A stretch of 53,458 nucleotides of DNA, the filler included, from Perkinsus olseni (lineage: Eukaryota): assembly GCA_013115125.1 (NCBI GenBank). It is 3 parts of 3 records of this genome, joined end to end, with 100 filler letters (N's around TTAATTAATTAA, not from the genome) between each part and the next. Parts side by side here need not be neighbours in the genome. Positions count along the whole stretch, not along the records: positions 17,874 to 35,626 come from JABANN010000634.1; 2 more parts are not named here. One strand, given 5' to 3'. The position numbers and the translations under genes are program-made. The notes beneath the pieces are model-generated. The model had not been told where the DNA came from, made no database searches, and was given only the letters and a program-made list of their open reading frames with translations. Below are positions 20,729 through 34,265 of the stretch, piece by piece. The number at the start of each line of letters is the position of its first letter. Position 1 is the stretch's first letter.

Positions 20729-22245
20729 TCAGTCAGAAGGTGAAGGGTCAGTCTGTGCCTTGGCGGATAGGATCTGCTCGACGGAGACGCTGAAGTTCGG
20801 TTGGTCCTTCTCGTCATCAAGGCATTTAGTCGCGAAGGTGAGGTAACTCGTGTGCCCCCTCATTGGGAGTTGGTAACTACAAAGAAGACAACAGGCTGCG
20901 ACACGCCACAAGAAGAGGCGGCTCACGGTTCCCAGACGCCTCATCGCCTCTGGGAACTACGAGTCGCTTCAAAATGCTTACGAGAGTTGCTCATCTACAT
21001 TGCCACTGACAGCGTTGGGCTTGGCTCGGTCATCTCGGCCGCGCTTCCGAGTCCGGTTGAGCTTGGTCGTACTCATTACCCTAAAGATGACGATAGTGGC
21101 TAGATGATAGACGACTCCTTTCTCTCACCCCCACTCCTTGAGCATGCACTCGTAGGTGTGGATGCCAGTGAAGCCGTCCGCTTCCATAGCAGCGCAATTC
21201 TTCATGACCTAGCAATGACGAAGACTATAACAACAAGAGGTACCGCCTGTGGACTCACTTGTTCAATACAGGGGGAAAAGGTGCAAAGAAGGCCTCCCTC
21301 CCTTAGGTGCTTCTTCGCTGTTGTAATACACTTCCATGCTGCTGGCAGGTCCCAGAATACTGCGTCCATGTCGACTAGCTGAACAATGCACTATTCGACA
21401 GGCCGGGGACACTGAGAATAGAACCTCATCGGGGAGGCCATCGTGGATGACATCTCTGTGCTGGATGGTGACGATGTCAGAGAAGCCATAGCGCTCGAAG
21501 TCAGACCTGGTCATAGAAAAAGTCCAAAGTCGGCCCTCGCACCAAGCGAGTTGTACTTGGCCTCAATAAAACGCGGCTCATGATACTCGAAGGTGTAGAG
21601 GTGACCGTCCAGACTTCTATCACTGCCATGATGTCTGAGGGCTTGGATCAGGGATGTAGATAACGAACCGCTACCCGTCCCTAAAAGGCCAACAATCTCA
21701 ACGCCGCCGCTCAACTCTCTACGGCCCCCGATCGAACCTGCTTCCACAACTTTCTTCCCGGGTCGGACGTCAAGACCAGTGAGAATCATCGAGATATCAC
21801 CATGGTACTGATGGAGCAAGAATCTACCTCGAGTCTCACTGAGGCACCTACGATGATCTGAGTCCTGTGCCGCACAGTGTCGGTGATGAGGGCCGGCGTG
21901 GGGCGGACAAGGACCATACCACGTCTGGAGGGAGGACATACAAACCATATGACCAGAAGGAGATGGCACTACTTGAACTTCTCCTGGGACGTCCGTGGCT
22001 CGATGGTCTCTCCCCAAGTGAGCTTGCCGATGATGTCATCGTGATGGAAGGCCCCATGCCTGACGAGACCACCCTGCTAGCGCTAGTAATGATGAGCACC
22101 ACGGCACAGAGCCACCTTACCTGCAGTTGGTGATGCCTCCTGGTGTCAGAGCAGGTATCTGTATTATAGAGTCGAAGGACCGATACAGGAGGACAAAATC
22201 ATTGGCCGCTAGGGGGGGCGGGGGAGATTGGCGACCCGGGGACAT
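20729..22245 (-). CDS. TRM61: tRNA (adenine58-N1)-methyltransferase catalytic subunit, multi-exon
   Basis: HRTQI(I/Y), VVEAG/TGSGSLS, LYTFEYHEPR, DAVFLDLPAAW, CTFSPCIEQ and MRGHTSYLTFA. Confidence 0.92.
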
Positions 22246-22427
22246 CAGACTGTGTTGTCAACTGTGGATGGACGATTGAGTGACGCTAGTGGATCGCTTC
22301 AAGTCAGACTCAAGAGACGCCGGCCAGTTTCTCTGATTGCCTCAGTACCAACTTTTGCGATGAAAACAGTTGATTCCCCCTCCCCCCACTAGAGAGCGCA
22401 ACACCGCGGCAAATGCAAAGCGAATAC

Positions 22428-23778
22428 TCATACAGCAGAAACTAAAGCATCATCATTATCGTAGTTATACCACTGGCCACTTTCTCGGAATACAGGTACG
22501 ACATCAGACCACACCATCGTGCCTGGATACTCAGCCTTGAAGTCCTCCAGTCTCTCAGGCTTGCCGTAACCGAAGAGGCAGCTGCCACTGCCGGACATGG
22601 ACACGCCCGTGAGGCCCATGACATCCTCCATGTCCTTGGCGATATTCAGCAACTCGGGTCTGAGTTCTACAGCCCCTCGTGTGAGGTCGTTGAGCGGCTG
22701 TGGTGCCTGGCCGTCACTCTTCGCGTACTCCTTATAAACAGCAGGAGTTGGGAGGCCTGAGGTCAAGCAACAACAGCAACAATCTCCGCCAAAGGGTCGA
22801 TTTCCTCACCCCTACCGAAAGAAGGCTTCACGAAGACCATCCCTCCATGGCCACCAACAGCCTCGGGAGTCATAGGAAAGACTTCGTCGCCGATTCCGCT
22901 GCACAGGGCTGCTCCCTTGCTAGCCAGAAAGAAGGGGAGGTCACTTCCCAGCTGACAAACCAGCGGCAAATTGAGGTCGGCGATGCTGGCAATCACTCTT
23001 ACCTCTCGAGACCATTCAGCCAGGGTGTCGTCTGCCGCCCCGAACCTCGTAAGGCGGTTTGCCGCCCATAACGCCGTGGCCCCATTAGAGCTACCACCTC
23101 CCAGACCGGCTTGATTCGGGCATCGCTTGGTGAGTGTCACTAAGGCGAGACCACTCTGCCGACCGCTACGTCCGTCCACCCACCGTCGAAGTGTTGCTTG
23201 GAGCCAGATTTCCGTCGGAAGACCTCCAAGGCCTTGATGATGAGGTTCCCTTCGTCCGTCGGTACGCTGGGGTCATCACAACGTAGGCTATCCTTCTCCG
23301 CGTCAGTGGTAGAGATCCGCATCCAGTCCCCCAGATTGATCGTGTGGAACTGCGAGACCATAGTATGCATAGGGTTGGGAGGGCTCGTACGACCTGAGGA
23401 AAAGCACCGCTTCGACCGCTGCTGAGCAACCACAGGGCTACTACCTGTGATTTTCAGGAAAGTATTCACCTTAGCCGGAGAAAACAGCCTCATGCCGGCC
23501 CTCCTCGCCACCACTCCTACTACTATCAACATCCCTACTGCTGCTGCTGGGGCAACAGCAGATGCCCACAAACCGTGTAAAGCTCCGGCGGTCCCCGATA
23601 ATGGCACGCTGGCCACAGAGGGCGAATGTGAAACAGTCCCTGCCCTCAATGGAAATACAAACATGAGCGCCACCTGGCCCACACCGCAGCAGAGGAGCAT
23701 ACAACCCAGGATGAGGAGGGTGCCTGGCAGGACCGCCGAAGAATGCCGTCTCGACCTGCGCCGGGGACGTTCACGCAT
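22428..23778 (-). CDS. ispE: 4-diphosphocytidyl-2C-methyl-D-erythritol kinase (MEP pathway) with plastid-targeting leader
   Basis: FSPAKVNTFLKITG, AGLGGGSSNGA, LGSDLPFF, NDL and SMSGSGSCLF, preceded by a ~95-aa N-terminal extension. Confidence 0.93.
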
Positions 23779-23996
23779 GGACAAGCTATTGTAAAGAGCG
23801 AAGACGCTCCAGCTGCTACAAGATGGTAAAAATCCACTGATAACGCGACACCCACAGTGTTGTTGTTGATCGGGCAGCCCGATAATGAAGAGAGAAGCGT
23901 GAAATATATGGTCCAAACAAAAAATTTGCCGCTGTTCAATGAAATTGGCCTCGAACGCAGCCGCCGCCGTTGGCTTCCATCCAGGTCCCTCGGAGA

Positions 23997-26900
23997 CTAC
24001 GGAATGATGCCGGCACCAGCGACATTCGCGACACTACTGGTCGCTATCTGGCCGCAGAAGACCGGTGTTAGGACCATAGTTACTGTTGATACGAGCTGAA
24101 GCAGGAGCCACAGCTGTGGAGCGTCGCCAGCAGAAGGCCCTTACCTTGATCAGTACGTGAACACTAGGACCCGCAGTGTCTTTGCACGGGTCACCGACTG
24201 TATCACCAACCACTGAGGCCTTGTGTGCTTCTGAGTTCTTACCACCATGACAACCGGTGATCTCTATGTACCTGACGGCAGCAGCAGTGATCGGACCGAC
24301 TGAAGGAGAAGCAGCCCACTTCTTAGCATTGTCCCAGGCCCCTCCAGCGTTGTTCAAGAAGAGGGCCATCAAAATGCCTGCAGCGGTTGAGAACATGAGG
24401 AAGGCTGCTATCACTTGTGCTCCCAGAGTGGTGTCACCACGGTACGAGCCGATGATACTGAGAGACCAAAGCTCATCACTGCTAGAAAACCAGTGAGAGT
24501 ATATTACCGGAAAGCAAAGCCAACGACGACCGGCGACAGGGCTGCCAAGGCGCCGGGTCGAATCATCTCCTTCAGAGCTGATCGGCTGACGATGGCAATG
24601 CACGTGTAATAGTCTGGCTTGTCGCTCCAGTCCATAATCCCAGGCCGTTCCTTGAACTGCCGACGCACCTGATCACGAAGAAATGACATTGGCAACGCCA
24701 AGAAGCAGATCTCACTTCGGTCACGACTTGTGCTGCCGCCCTTCCAACGGCGTTCATCGCCCAAGCAGCGAAGAGGAATACTAAACAGGCCCCGAGGATG
24801 CCACCAACGAACACTTCACATCGGGCTAGGTCCACGGACTCGAACCTGAGGAGACCATGGGAGAGGGCAGACAGCCCAAGAGCAGCATGACCGACCTCTT
24901 GCCAGTGTAGACACTGACTTCGTCCATAAAGGCAGCGAATAATAAGAAGCATGCCAATGCCGCAGTCCCGACCGAGAATCCCTTAGTGTTAGCCTTCGTC
25001 ACGTTGCCAACTGCGTCCAACTTGTCCGTGATAAGGCGAACTTCATCCGCCTGAGTTCAGTGGCCATAGGGCTCTATAACAGATCACCCAAAGTACCAGC
25101 GGAATCGACGAAAAGGTTTTGATAGTGGAACGTCTCTTCCCTCAGACGCACTCACTCCCATACTACCTGTTGGCTCATCTCCACAATTCCTCCAGCATTG
25201 TCAGCGATAGGTCCAAAGTTACTCATGGCCAAGACGAAGACAGCCGTAGAAAGCATACCCATGGTGGCCACAGCGGTGCCGAAAAGACCCGATTTGGTCG
25301 CCTCCGAAGCCGGTACCACACCAGCAGTAGCTGCCATACCTACACGAAGGATCATACACGAACCAACACTGCAGGGCGATCAACTACCCATGTAGTAGCT
25401 CGAGACCAGAGCGATAGATATGCACAGTACTGGAGCTGCTGTCGACTCCAGGCCAACCGCCATGCCTGATGGGTCATATCGCGTGGATGAATACACACGA
25501 GCCTTACCGGCTATAATATTCGTCGCCGGGCCGGTCGTCGAGGCGAAGGCGATGGAGCGTACCTTGTTGTGTCTAAAAGGAGCAGATACTCATCCAAGCT
25601 CGTGCAGGGAGAGGGGAGTTGACTCACTCGTAATCAGTGTAATACTGCGTGATAATGACGAAAAGGTAAGAACAGGCCATACCTACTGCACCGCAGCCGA
25701 AGAACCATGCCCAAGAGTTGGTATTGGGAACCCAGAGGAACCATCGGCAGAGGACCAGGAAACCGATGGTAGCCAAAAATAGGGTTACAGAATATCTGAG
25801 ACACCCACCACCACCGCGTCGACAAGAAAAGCGTGAGTGGTTACGCTCGCTTCATTATCTTCATGGGGTCCTCATCTGCAGTATCCTTAGCACTGTGAGT
25901 AGGCATACCCTTCTTAGCCCGGATCAGCATCATCCCCACAGAGGATACTACCATATCCATACAGTGCACCTGGAAGGGGTGTGTGGAGGCGCTGGGACAA
26001 CAGGCGCCGCAACCTACTGCTAGAGGGAAGGCTACAAAACCCGCTGTGACGCCCTTGTTCATCGACCCTTCATCAGCAAGGCTTCCCCCTAGAATCATAG
26101 CGGACAAAATTTCAGCCGCGATGGACTCGAAAGTGTCAGCACATTGCCCAGCGCAATCACCAACATTATCGCCAACCTGAGCCCAACAACAGGATCCATT
26201 GGAAGCTAGTCGTGAAGGGCTTACCAAGTCAGCGATAGTAGCGGGGTTCCTGGGGTCGTCTTCTGGGATGCCAGCTTCGACCTTACCAACAAGATCCGCT
26301 CCAACGTCGGCACCCTTGGTGTATATGCCTGACACGGGATAGGGCGAGTATTGGGGAGGACTGCGAAGGCGCTGGTACCTCCGCCAAGCTGGGCAAACAT
26401 GGCGACGAGGGAGGCACCAAAGCCGTAGCCGACCAGAAGAAGGGGGGCCTGCTGGAATCTGAGGTAGCATGGCGGTGAGAGAGATGAACGCGGAAGGGCA
26501 GGGCTCACTCAAGTGTGGGGTAGATAACCCTGAGGACGATCATGATGAAGGACAGGCCTCCGATAACCATAGCCACATTGACGAGGGAAGCGAAGCCCCC
26601 CGCCCTGAAGCATAGTTGGATTGCTGTATTGTAGCACCGTCTGGCCGCTGAGGAGACTCTCACATTAGCACGTACCTGATGGATGATATACCGACACTCT
26701 AGACCGGACGACTATCGCTTGTACTACCGACACCCACATCCCAGCGTAGCCAGCAAGGGCGCTACAAAATGCTCCGATCAAGAACGTACAAGCTGTGATG
26801 AGAGCCATGGCGAGGGAGGAGACTCTGAGATACAACACTCACACCCCAAACAGATAAGACTATCCGTCATACGTGGTCGCCTTCCCTCCACCCACTGCAC

Positions 26901-27464
26901 CGAGCACAGTGTCATCTCGACTTATGTACAGCATGAAGAGGAGGAAGGCTGCCAGCACGGATATCTTCGCGATGGTGCCGTACTGTACAGCAAAGAAGCC
27001 TTCGCTGCCCTCTCTGATAGGGTCCGCAATGCTCTGCATGGCAGCATCCCCCTGAAGCCAGCACATCAATACCACACCTTCCCCAACTTACTACCTCATC
27101 ATGCCTGAATACAAATGCTGCCAACCAGAAGGCGAAGAAGAGGGCATAAATGCTTGTGACGAGGGCACTTGCTGTTGCCAGCGTGGCGAAGTCGCTGGTG
27201 CACAAGCGAAATATTAGAAGTAGCGAGAAGTATCCAAGCAACAGGCCTGAGATACTAACGACAGTCGATCGGGGTTTCCTCTTCTTCGTGCACTCTACTG
27301 TATGTGATAGTCTTCTTTGCCTTCCAGTCCATTTGGTTGTAGACGTATACCAGCCGTTCTATCTCAGACGTGTACTGTTTGCCCTTCCTCGAGCTCTGAT
27401 AGTTCACCATAGGGCCACCAAAGGCCTCTGGGATGGCAGCCATATCGTTCATCTCAACACTCAT
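23997..27464 (-). CDS. Membrane H+-translocating pyrophosphatase, K+-independent (type II, VP2-like), multi-exon
   Basis: [62 protein letters not shown] (Lys determinant), GGAWDNAKK and [14 protein letters not shown]. Confidence 0.95.
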
Positions 27465-28262
27465 GTGCGGGTGTAAAAAGTGAAAATGCTGCTGCACGAT
27501 CAGCATCCCCCTTAGTCCACCATCATCACTAAAACGAATCTAATACCCGCGTATCGTTATATCGCCCCTCAAAGCCATGGACAATTGCCCCATTATATCA
27601 CTACCGAACACCACAACCACTCCTTCGGGAGATACCTTGCCAGCATCACCGGATAGACACACAACACCAGCCGCCATCTCTACTTATTGATCGACGGCAT
27701 CAGCTACGATGAAAACGAAGTGACTTGACGCAGATTCTACTTGGAACCTCCACGCCATCCAATCCATAATAAATTTCTTCCAACGAAAACCATTTCTCCC
27801 CGGACGGAGCTCACCCTTCTGCACGACAGCCCTCGAAGGCTTGGCGCAAATCCATCGCCCTAGTCGGGCCATGTGATGAGCGATCTTGACTTGACCACGA
27901 GATACTGGAAGATGCGCAGCCCGCCCAGTGACGAAGGGCAACCCTCTTAGGGCTGTGGCCTGCGAGTGCAGCAAGGTCACCGACAGCTTTGATCGGCCAC
28001 CCCCTCGCACACACGCGAAGTGGCTGAACGACGGAGAACATCCACCAATTTTGGAATGATGACGAACGACGATTATCCTGCGACGATTATGCGCGATTTT
28101 TACCAGTAAGGGGACAAATCTCTCGAGCATAATCGTTAAACTTGCGGTTCCCGAAGACAAAGGAATCTTGACGGTATAGCGTCAGCTTTGATTGCAGCAT
28201 CCGGTCGGTTGGTTTGCCCCGTAGTAAGTATCTCACTGTGATTTACCTTTAGCTGTGTCGAA

Positions 28263-29003
28263 ATGTCCGTAACGACAATGTCCTTCCCGTCCGATAACGA
28301 GGATATCGGAGCTGAGAACCTCCCTATTACAACAACCCTAAAAAGAGAGTTCACCGTTCCTCCAGCCAACTGCTGTGTCTTCATTGAATGGGACGATGTT
28401 CTTTTCCCAACTACCTCTGTCTTGGAGAGTAGTGTCGCTCCTGGTGACACTCTTCCCAAGGATTACACCACAGCCCTGTCTGGCTTGCTGACCGAGCTCA
28501 TTCTCAAGTGCCGAAACGACGGGCTCTTCATCATCTCCGAGAAAGAGCCCGGATGGTTTGCTAGGGCCTTGCGAGATTACCTACCACCAGACATTGCTGA
28601 CGTCATAAGAAGAAGGTTTCAGTTCATCCATGTAACGAGGCCGAGCTGCGCCCAGACACTCAAGAGTGTTGTGCTAGGTTTAGGAGACCCATCGACCCAT
28701 GTGGTTTTGATGAGTTGGAGAACATCAGTCCTTGGCACTGCCGAGGAGCTGAGCAAATGTGTTCCCGAGGGTTTCGTCAAGTGTGTTAGGTTTTCCCGCG
28801 CTCTGCGACAAGGGATGCTGGGACCTCAGCTGCGTTCGGTGCTGGGCAGCTTGGAACGGATCATGACGCTGCGTAGGCATACTACCTTCGTCTTGTGTAG
28901 CAAGAAGGTCGCTGGCTATCAGAGGTCTACTTCAACGGACTCGGCCTCCACTACTGACGGGACGGGCTCGGTACAACGTTCCCTATCTTCTTCAATACCC
29001 TAA
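28263..29003 (+). CDS. HAD-like conserved protein with a non-canonical motif I, intronless
   Basis: 246-aa ORF. CVFIEWDDVLFPT corresponds to the IFDWDDTLLPT-type motif of an alveolate HAD-like family. Confidence 0.65.
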   Translation: MSVTTMSFPSDNEDIGAENLPITTTLKREFTVPPANCCVFIEWDDVLFPTTSVLESSVAPGDTLPKDYTTALSGLLTELILKCRNDGLFIISEKEPGWFARALRDYLPPDIADVIRRRFQFIHVTRPSCAQTLKSVVLGLGDPSTHVVLMSWRTSVLGTAEELSKCVPEGFVKCVRFSRALRQGMLGPQLRSVLGSLERIMTLRRHTTFVLCSKKVAGYQRSTSTDSASTTDGTGSVQRSLSSSIP

Positions 29004-29757
29004 AGAGGGTCATTGCCTGCTTAGTTCCTGTTACAGGACTCCTGTACATTTCCTCGACTTCCCTTAACATTGTACCTTTATTGATACCATGCTTATCTGA
29101 CTTCTTGTTATTCACGTAGTAGAAGTAGTTTAACTATTTGTATTAAGATACCAGTACTAGGCCATACCAAATCTTTCTCACCACCGGGTAATTGCATCAT
29201 TACCTTGTTGCCAGAGCTATCTGTTGTATGTGTGCCGCTCAATGATACTGTAGAGTTGTTCCCTCCCAGCCGTTGGTTGGGAGGCCTCTTCAGTATTCCC
29301 CTACCTACTCATTATTCGTATGAAAGACGCCGGCCGTGGCTCTTTCGAATGATTGGACATCGATCCTGCCGATGTAGTGAGGCAGTGTTATTGCTATATA
29401 AAGTAAGCCTCCGTAGTACCACCTTTTCCATGCCTGAAATGAAGGCAATGCGTACCTAGCTTCCAATTCCTTTGGGGTTATTATCGACCACAAGTTCAAG
29501 TTTGAGTTTTACTTGCAAAGTTTTGCGTTATTAGTTCGATTGGTGGAGGATTTCTGTGATTAAATGGCCCGGGATGCCTTACCCGCCCTGAACGGAATTC
29601 GATGAGAAGCAGCCCGACGTTCTCAATTTCTCCGGATCGCTTCCTGCAGCGCTTCCTGGTTTGATCCGCTCGTGTCTAGTTTCAGGCGAGTAATCGGGCC
29701 TGCCGTTCATCTTGGCCGGAAAGCATTCGGAATCACAGGTGTCTTTGTTGTATTCTG

Positions 29758-32338
29758 ATGGATGATGACCAGGGCCAGCCGCCAGCAGCAGCCCAGCATG
29801 GAGTCGTGACCTGGGGCCCGGGGTGAGTTGCTCGTGCTCTTGTGCTCCGTTAGAATACCGCGTCTCTGCAGGAATCGCCTCTGGAGATTGCAGGGTGGGC
29901 GGGAAACTAGTGTGAAGGAGACGGTGCCCGAAGCTCTGCGAATGCCATCATGGACAGCTCACCCCAATGCACCTTTGCCAGAAGTTGGCGTTGGGGAGGG
30001 GCCAGATGGACTGTGTCTCGAGTGCGAGAGGCTCATATCCCATTGTAGCAACGCTAGATCCAAGCAGGTCAGTTCCTGAGGAAATTGCTCGTGGAAAGAC
30101 GCTCTCCGCGATGATCAGTCGTTGGCGCTGCTAGAGACGGTATTGCGCTGCAATCGGGAGTCAGCGGAGGCATCTGTCTTGGCCGAGGCCCTACTGCCCT
30201 ATGTTGTCGAGGACCTGCAGGATGATTCGTAGTGGGGGGGGGCTCCGGGGGCTCCTATCCTTAATCGTCTTGTGACGTAGAAAACTTCTTCTTCAAGAGA
30301 CAGAGCTGTGAATGCACCGCCTTCGTAATGCTGTGATGCCCGATCGGCTAGACGGCTTGTGATGGCGTTCTCTTGCGCGTTGATGCACTCTATCGACCCT
30401 ACTCAACAGGTACGCTCTAATATCAGCTCTCATACTGATATTTTCGAATCCTTCCACTACCACTAGGCGGCCAGGAGAGTCCAGAACGATCTCACCGCCA
30501 GTGAATTGCGCCCCAACGACAGGAGTGGAAGGAGATTGCTACTGCAATGATGTTGATGGACAGCAGACTCAGCTAGGTGCCGGAGCAGGAGGAGCAGACT
30601 GGTTTCCGGGAGTAGGATCGCCTTGTCGAGCACCTTCTGAGAGCTGCCCTGTTCTCTGTAGATCGCGGTGGGTTTCTACCCGAGTGCGGCGGCATCGACA
30701 AATAAAAGCATACCACCGGCAAGCGTCGGCAGCTTGGGGATACCGAAGAATGCGGTAATACTAGGAAAACGAGTATCGAACTACCCGCAGTCCATCGCTT
30801 AGTCGAGCCAATCCCTGCGATACGGTAGAGGCGGTGGAAGCTCTGCGGGAGCCTACAATGGTCCTGGCTTCCTCTACATGTGCAAGAGACCTGTCGTAAG
30901 TCCCTCTCCTTATTGACGCCTCGAGTGCAAAGTCGTAGCAACCTCAGTCCCTTCGGAAGATTCATAGCGATTTGTGCATATCGGGAGCTGCCCCGGGGAG
31001 TCCCTGGCTGAGGTTGCCGAGATCCACTGCGACAGGGTCGACGGACATGAGGTACCTCACGTCGTTGTGAGGAACTCTCCTGAATATGCTGCTAGGCTCA
31101 CGTCCTCCACTTCTTCTATATCGGAGACTACTGCTCCTCTACCACTGCTGATGGATCATCGGGAGGATGGTTTCGGACCGGATTGGACGGACATCGGCGC
31201 TTCGGCCAGTTTTTGCAACGAATGGAGTTGTAATATTATCACTACCTCCCAGGCTTTGTCCAACTCCCTCATCCGTTATCAGATAATCCGCCTGGTAATA
31301 GCAGGACGATAGAGGCATCTACGCCCAATTCTGCCCAAGCGTAAGCTAACCTCAAACGTGCAGTATGATACCAGTCGCTACTGATGACCCTCAGGTACCC
31401 GGGATGCTGTAGCCCATCCATTAGTAACGAGTCCTTATCTCCCCCTTCTTTACTGGTATATGATCGGCCAAGTTCCCCTGTGGTGAGCATCCCCGATAGC
31501 TTCATGCTTCGCATGCTTCCAGTTGGTCTCAGATGTACGTGCCGCAGCGCTGCCTAGGCGCAGATGGAAGCTTCGGTTCGATAGTTCTGCCTTTTCTTGA
31601 CATCCCAAAAGTCGCTCACATAGCTAGGATGATGGAGGTTGAGGCTGACCGCTCCCAGGTAGCGCCTTCAGGCCTATCATTTCTCTGCCACCCTCGCATT
31701 TTCCCTGCAGCGTTTTAATGATGCAGCGATGCTGCGCTGCTTCCTTCACGCCCTGAAGAACGACCGAGGTCGATGTGATAAGAACGAGTTCATCATAGTA
31801 GCGGGAGAGCCGAGTCCGCGTGTCCCACCGCGACGAGGGACCGGCATAACATCGACATTACTCATGCGAGTATCAGATCCTGATGGAAACTTTCATACTG
31901 CGGGAGGTCAGTCTGTCGTCCTCATTCCTCCGGTCGAATTCTGTTTTGGGATAGGGTCGTGGCCCGATCTCACGTCTCAAGTGCCTCCGGGTGCCCCTCC
32001 ATCTGGACGCTCATTACCAGCAGATGGCATCGAAGATGATGTAAACTCTATGAGTGAACCATACGATGTGGCAGCATTGCTGTTGCATCCTCAGGCTTCA
32101 TTCAGCGACGAATCGATAGTTGACATTCGCTCAACAGTAACCAAGTGTGCTGTGTGCCATGAGGACGTGAAAGGCTTGGCTACGGTAAGTATGGTATCAA
32201 CCGCTTTTTGAAGCGTCTTCCTGTCAGATATGTAACGTTTGTGAGCATGGAGGTCACGTGACGCACATCTCGGCTTGGTTTGACCAGCCTGGGAAGGGAT
32301 GCCCCGTTCTCAACTGTCGGTGTAAATGTGCATTTTAA
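29758..32338 (+). CDS. WDR59/Sea3-like (GATOR2/SEACAT) protein with C-terminal RING/zinc ribbon, multi-exon; start uncertain
   Basis: Spliced C-terminus KCAVCHEDVKGLATICNVCEHGGHVTHISAWFDQPGKGCPVLNCRCKCAF* (TAA 32336-32338). Confidence 0.65.
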
Positions 32339-32849
32339 CGTTGATCATTGTATAACATTGGCATATTTTGTGGACATTATCAAGGATAGCATTGCGCTTT
32401 TTTCATAACACTGTTATTGAGTTGAACAAGTATCTCACACGAACTCCTCGTGCAGCGTCCTCGTGAAGGAAGTAGCCAAATCTCAGCAAAGGTTGTGTGA
32501 CGACTCGTCACTGATGAGGCCTTCAGTTCTCATGTTTCTTCAATCTCCGAAAGAGTGCCGTTCGGACATCTGATGAACTTGCCACGGAGGATAGTGGAGC
32601 AACGAAGCTGTTCGGCTGGAGTATCATCGACTCGCACGTGGCGTTCGGGTTCAAGTACGCTCGCGGACGCGGGTGAAGAAACTCGTTCGACCTTACGGAG
32701 ACTTTCCCCTCGATATCATGCTTTGCCCGGAGGCTACAAGAGTCGTGATCGAAAGGAGCTGAGCTTCGGGTGACAACCGTACAGTGCAGTACTCAGGCAT
32801 TTAAGCTTGACTTGAGACTTGACGAAACAGGCGGAGTCTGTATTGAAAC

Positions 32850-34265
32850 TTATAAAAATTCGAGTGACCATGCACAGGGCTGACCGGCACGATAGGGGAC
32901 TATCCATTGTCCGGTATCACACCCCAGGGACTCCTGGCTACCGACCTGATAAACCGCACAGCGAAGGATTCCTCTGCATGAACAGATATCTCAGCGCCCT
33001 ACAAATTCAGGAATCGTGGATGTTCTCTTGACGAGTCTGATAGCATCTTCAGTCTTCAACTGCAAGCCAAAGAAGCGTGCCCCGAAGACACCTGATGCCA
33101 ATGAACTGAGCTAGCAGGGCAATCGACAAAGTGAACGGTACAAGAGAAATCCCTTAGCTTCTCAATGCAACTCATGCTGTCGAACGTCTCGGCGAGATAA
33201 GGCAGGAGGTGAGCTTGAGTATACACCCCAGCTGCAGCACCGCGGCCAACCTGGGAAGAATTGGAGCGAATCGATATGGACCGAACCGACCTCCTTTTTA
33301 GCCCTCGGATGAGGAGCCGAGTCACTGCCTAGGAAGAACTTGGGGTTACCGGATGCCACCACTTCCCGGAGCGCTACGCGATCCGAAGGGAGCTTCGGGA
33401 TGGGCTTGCAGAAGTTGTGATTGCAACCAACCACCTGATGCATTCTCCTCTTTACATCCACGTCGACTCACGCTCATATTATGATGTCGATTGACACTGC
33501 TACCACCTCAGAGATTGTCAAGTCCAAATGATGGGCAGTAATGGTCGCTGCGACGTTCTCCCCGCAAGCCTTCACAGCCTCAACAGCCGCCTTGGTGGAG
33601 CAGTGTTCCAACACTATCTTCAACTTAGGATAGGATCTGTGGAGTTTGTGTAGTTGTTCCAAGAAGAGCTCCTCCGCCTCCATCACGCTAGCCCCGGGAA
33701 CCTGCGGAACAACTTCCCAACAGCCGTCCCCGTACCCCTCACCTCGCCATGGAGATGAAGGGAAATGCCCAGCTCCTGCATCTTCTCAAAGACAGGGGCA
33801 TATACGTCGTAGGACTCCACGCCCGATTCGGATCCTGTCGTAACCTGTCGAAGGTGCCTCTCTCACTGAGACGACAGTAGAGGTTTGCCTACTCCTCTAG
33901 GGTAACTCTTAACACCGATAACTCCGTTGCGTTTGGCAGCTTCGAGATCATCAACATCGATGGCTGGAGACAGGTAGAGCATCATCAGGAAGGTTACATT
34001 AGGATCTATGGCCTCCAACTCCTCCTTGTACCTCATGAAACCACCGACCATAACCAAGGTACGCTTGTGTGAGTTCCGTAGTCAAGGCTTACTTCCGAGC
34101 CATTTCAGAGTTGGTAATGGGAGGGTAGGTGTTTGGCATGACGATACAGCGATCAACACCCCCCTGGCGGATGGCAGGCACCGTTGCTTTGAGCATGCCA
34201 TCTTGCCTTAGGTGAACGTGGAAGTCGTCACAGTATGGTAGAGTGAATGATGGCTCCTCGGTCAT
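32850..34265 (-). CDS. pyrC: Dihydroorotase (monofunctional, type II), multi-exon
   Basis: DDFHVHLRQ, GVKSYPRG, LEHCST, ATITAHHL, HNFCKPIPK and FFLGSDSAPH. Ends WSLEFL*. Confidence 0.93.
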
